Assembly (NCBI GenBank): GCA_905178155.1
Contig: CAJINV010000008.1
Coordinates: forward strand, 2,046,001 to 2,110,000
Length of the DNA: 64,000 bases
DNA from: Amoebophrya sp. A120
Lineage: Eukaryota > Protista > Dinoflagellata
Direction: 5' to 3'
The position numbers and the translations under genes were made by a program. Every line of letters begins with the position of its first letter. Position 1 is the first letter of the stretch. This document shows positions 63,852 through 64,000 of this stretch, one piece after another. The notes under the pieces are model-generated. The model ran no database searches, was not told where the DNA came from, and saw only the letters and a list, made by a program, of their open reading frames with translations.

Positions 63852-64000
63852 TAAGGTTTGTATTTGTTGCGGTAGTTTTGTGTCTGAAAAAGATGCGCTG
63901 CACATTGATAAACAATGGCAAAATTATCACTATACACAGAGGCAAGCAAAAGCTTTGCTTAAGCAGGGAGCCCCTTGCAATGTTTTCCCTTGATGGGACT

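Noticed and set aside
63070-63993. ORFs within the GC-rich terminal region
   Set aside because: Low-complexity Arg/Ala/Gly frames expected from GC content inside a MITE.
1-64000. Genome-wide stop-codon reassignment, as described for one Amoebophrya strain
   Set aside because: Genes end in TAA, TAG and TGA, and multi-kb ORFs have no internal stops; only two isolated in-frame stops were seen.

Overview
Eukaryotic, gene-dense genomic DNA. Every gene I can model (about 16) lies on the + strand. The organisation closely matches what is reported for the parasitic dinoflagellate Amoebophrya (Syndiniales); that taxon is an inference. The dominant signal is about 25 non-coding elements of 150-390 bp in at least five terminal-inverted-repeat (TIR) families. 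They begin TAT, end ATA and are flanked by a 5-bp direct repeat, and all sit inside coding sequence. Removing element+5 nt restores the reading frame each time although there are no GT-AG ends, so they behave as MITE-like non-canonical introns (introners). Three families occur in both orientations relative to transcription. Ordinary GT-AG introns coexist in the same genes. Genes: Cys-rich membrane protein (5' truncated), pepsin-family aspartic protease, PAN/apple type-I membrane protein, ABCG half-transporter (9 introners), SGNH hydrolase, two small paralogues ending in KKKxxxKWCxCF, a DIxGA/TNPL repeat protein, a Myb/AT-hook protein, V-ATPase subunit E, DUF1279/FAM210-like protein, a coiled-coil protein, a COQ10/START-domain protein, an nAChR-alpha-like Cys-loop channel with an in-frame TAA, and an alpha2delta-like vWA protein. 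An 881-bp intergenic MITE with a TAA target duplication lies near the end. All alignments and splice models were done by eye and need transcript confirmation.
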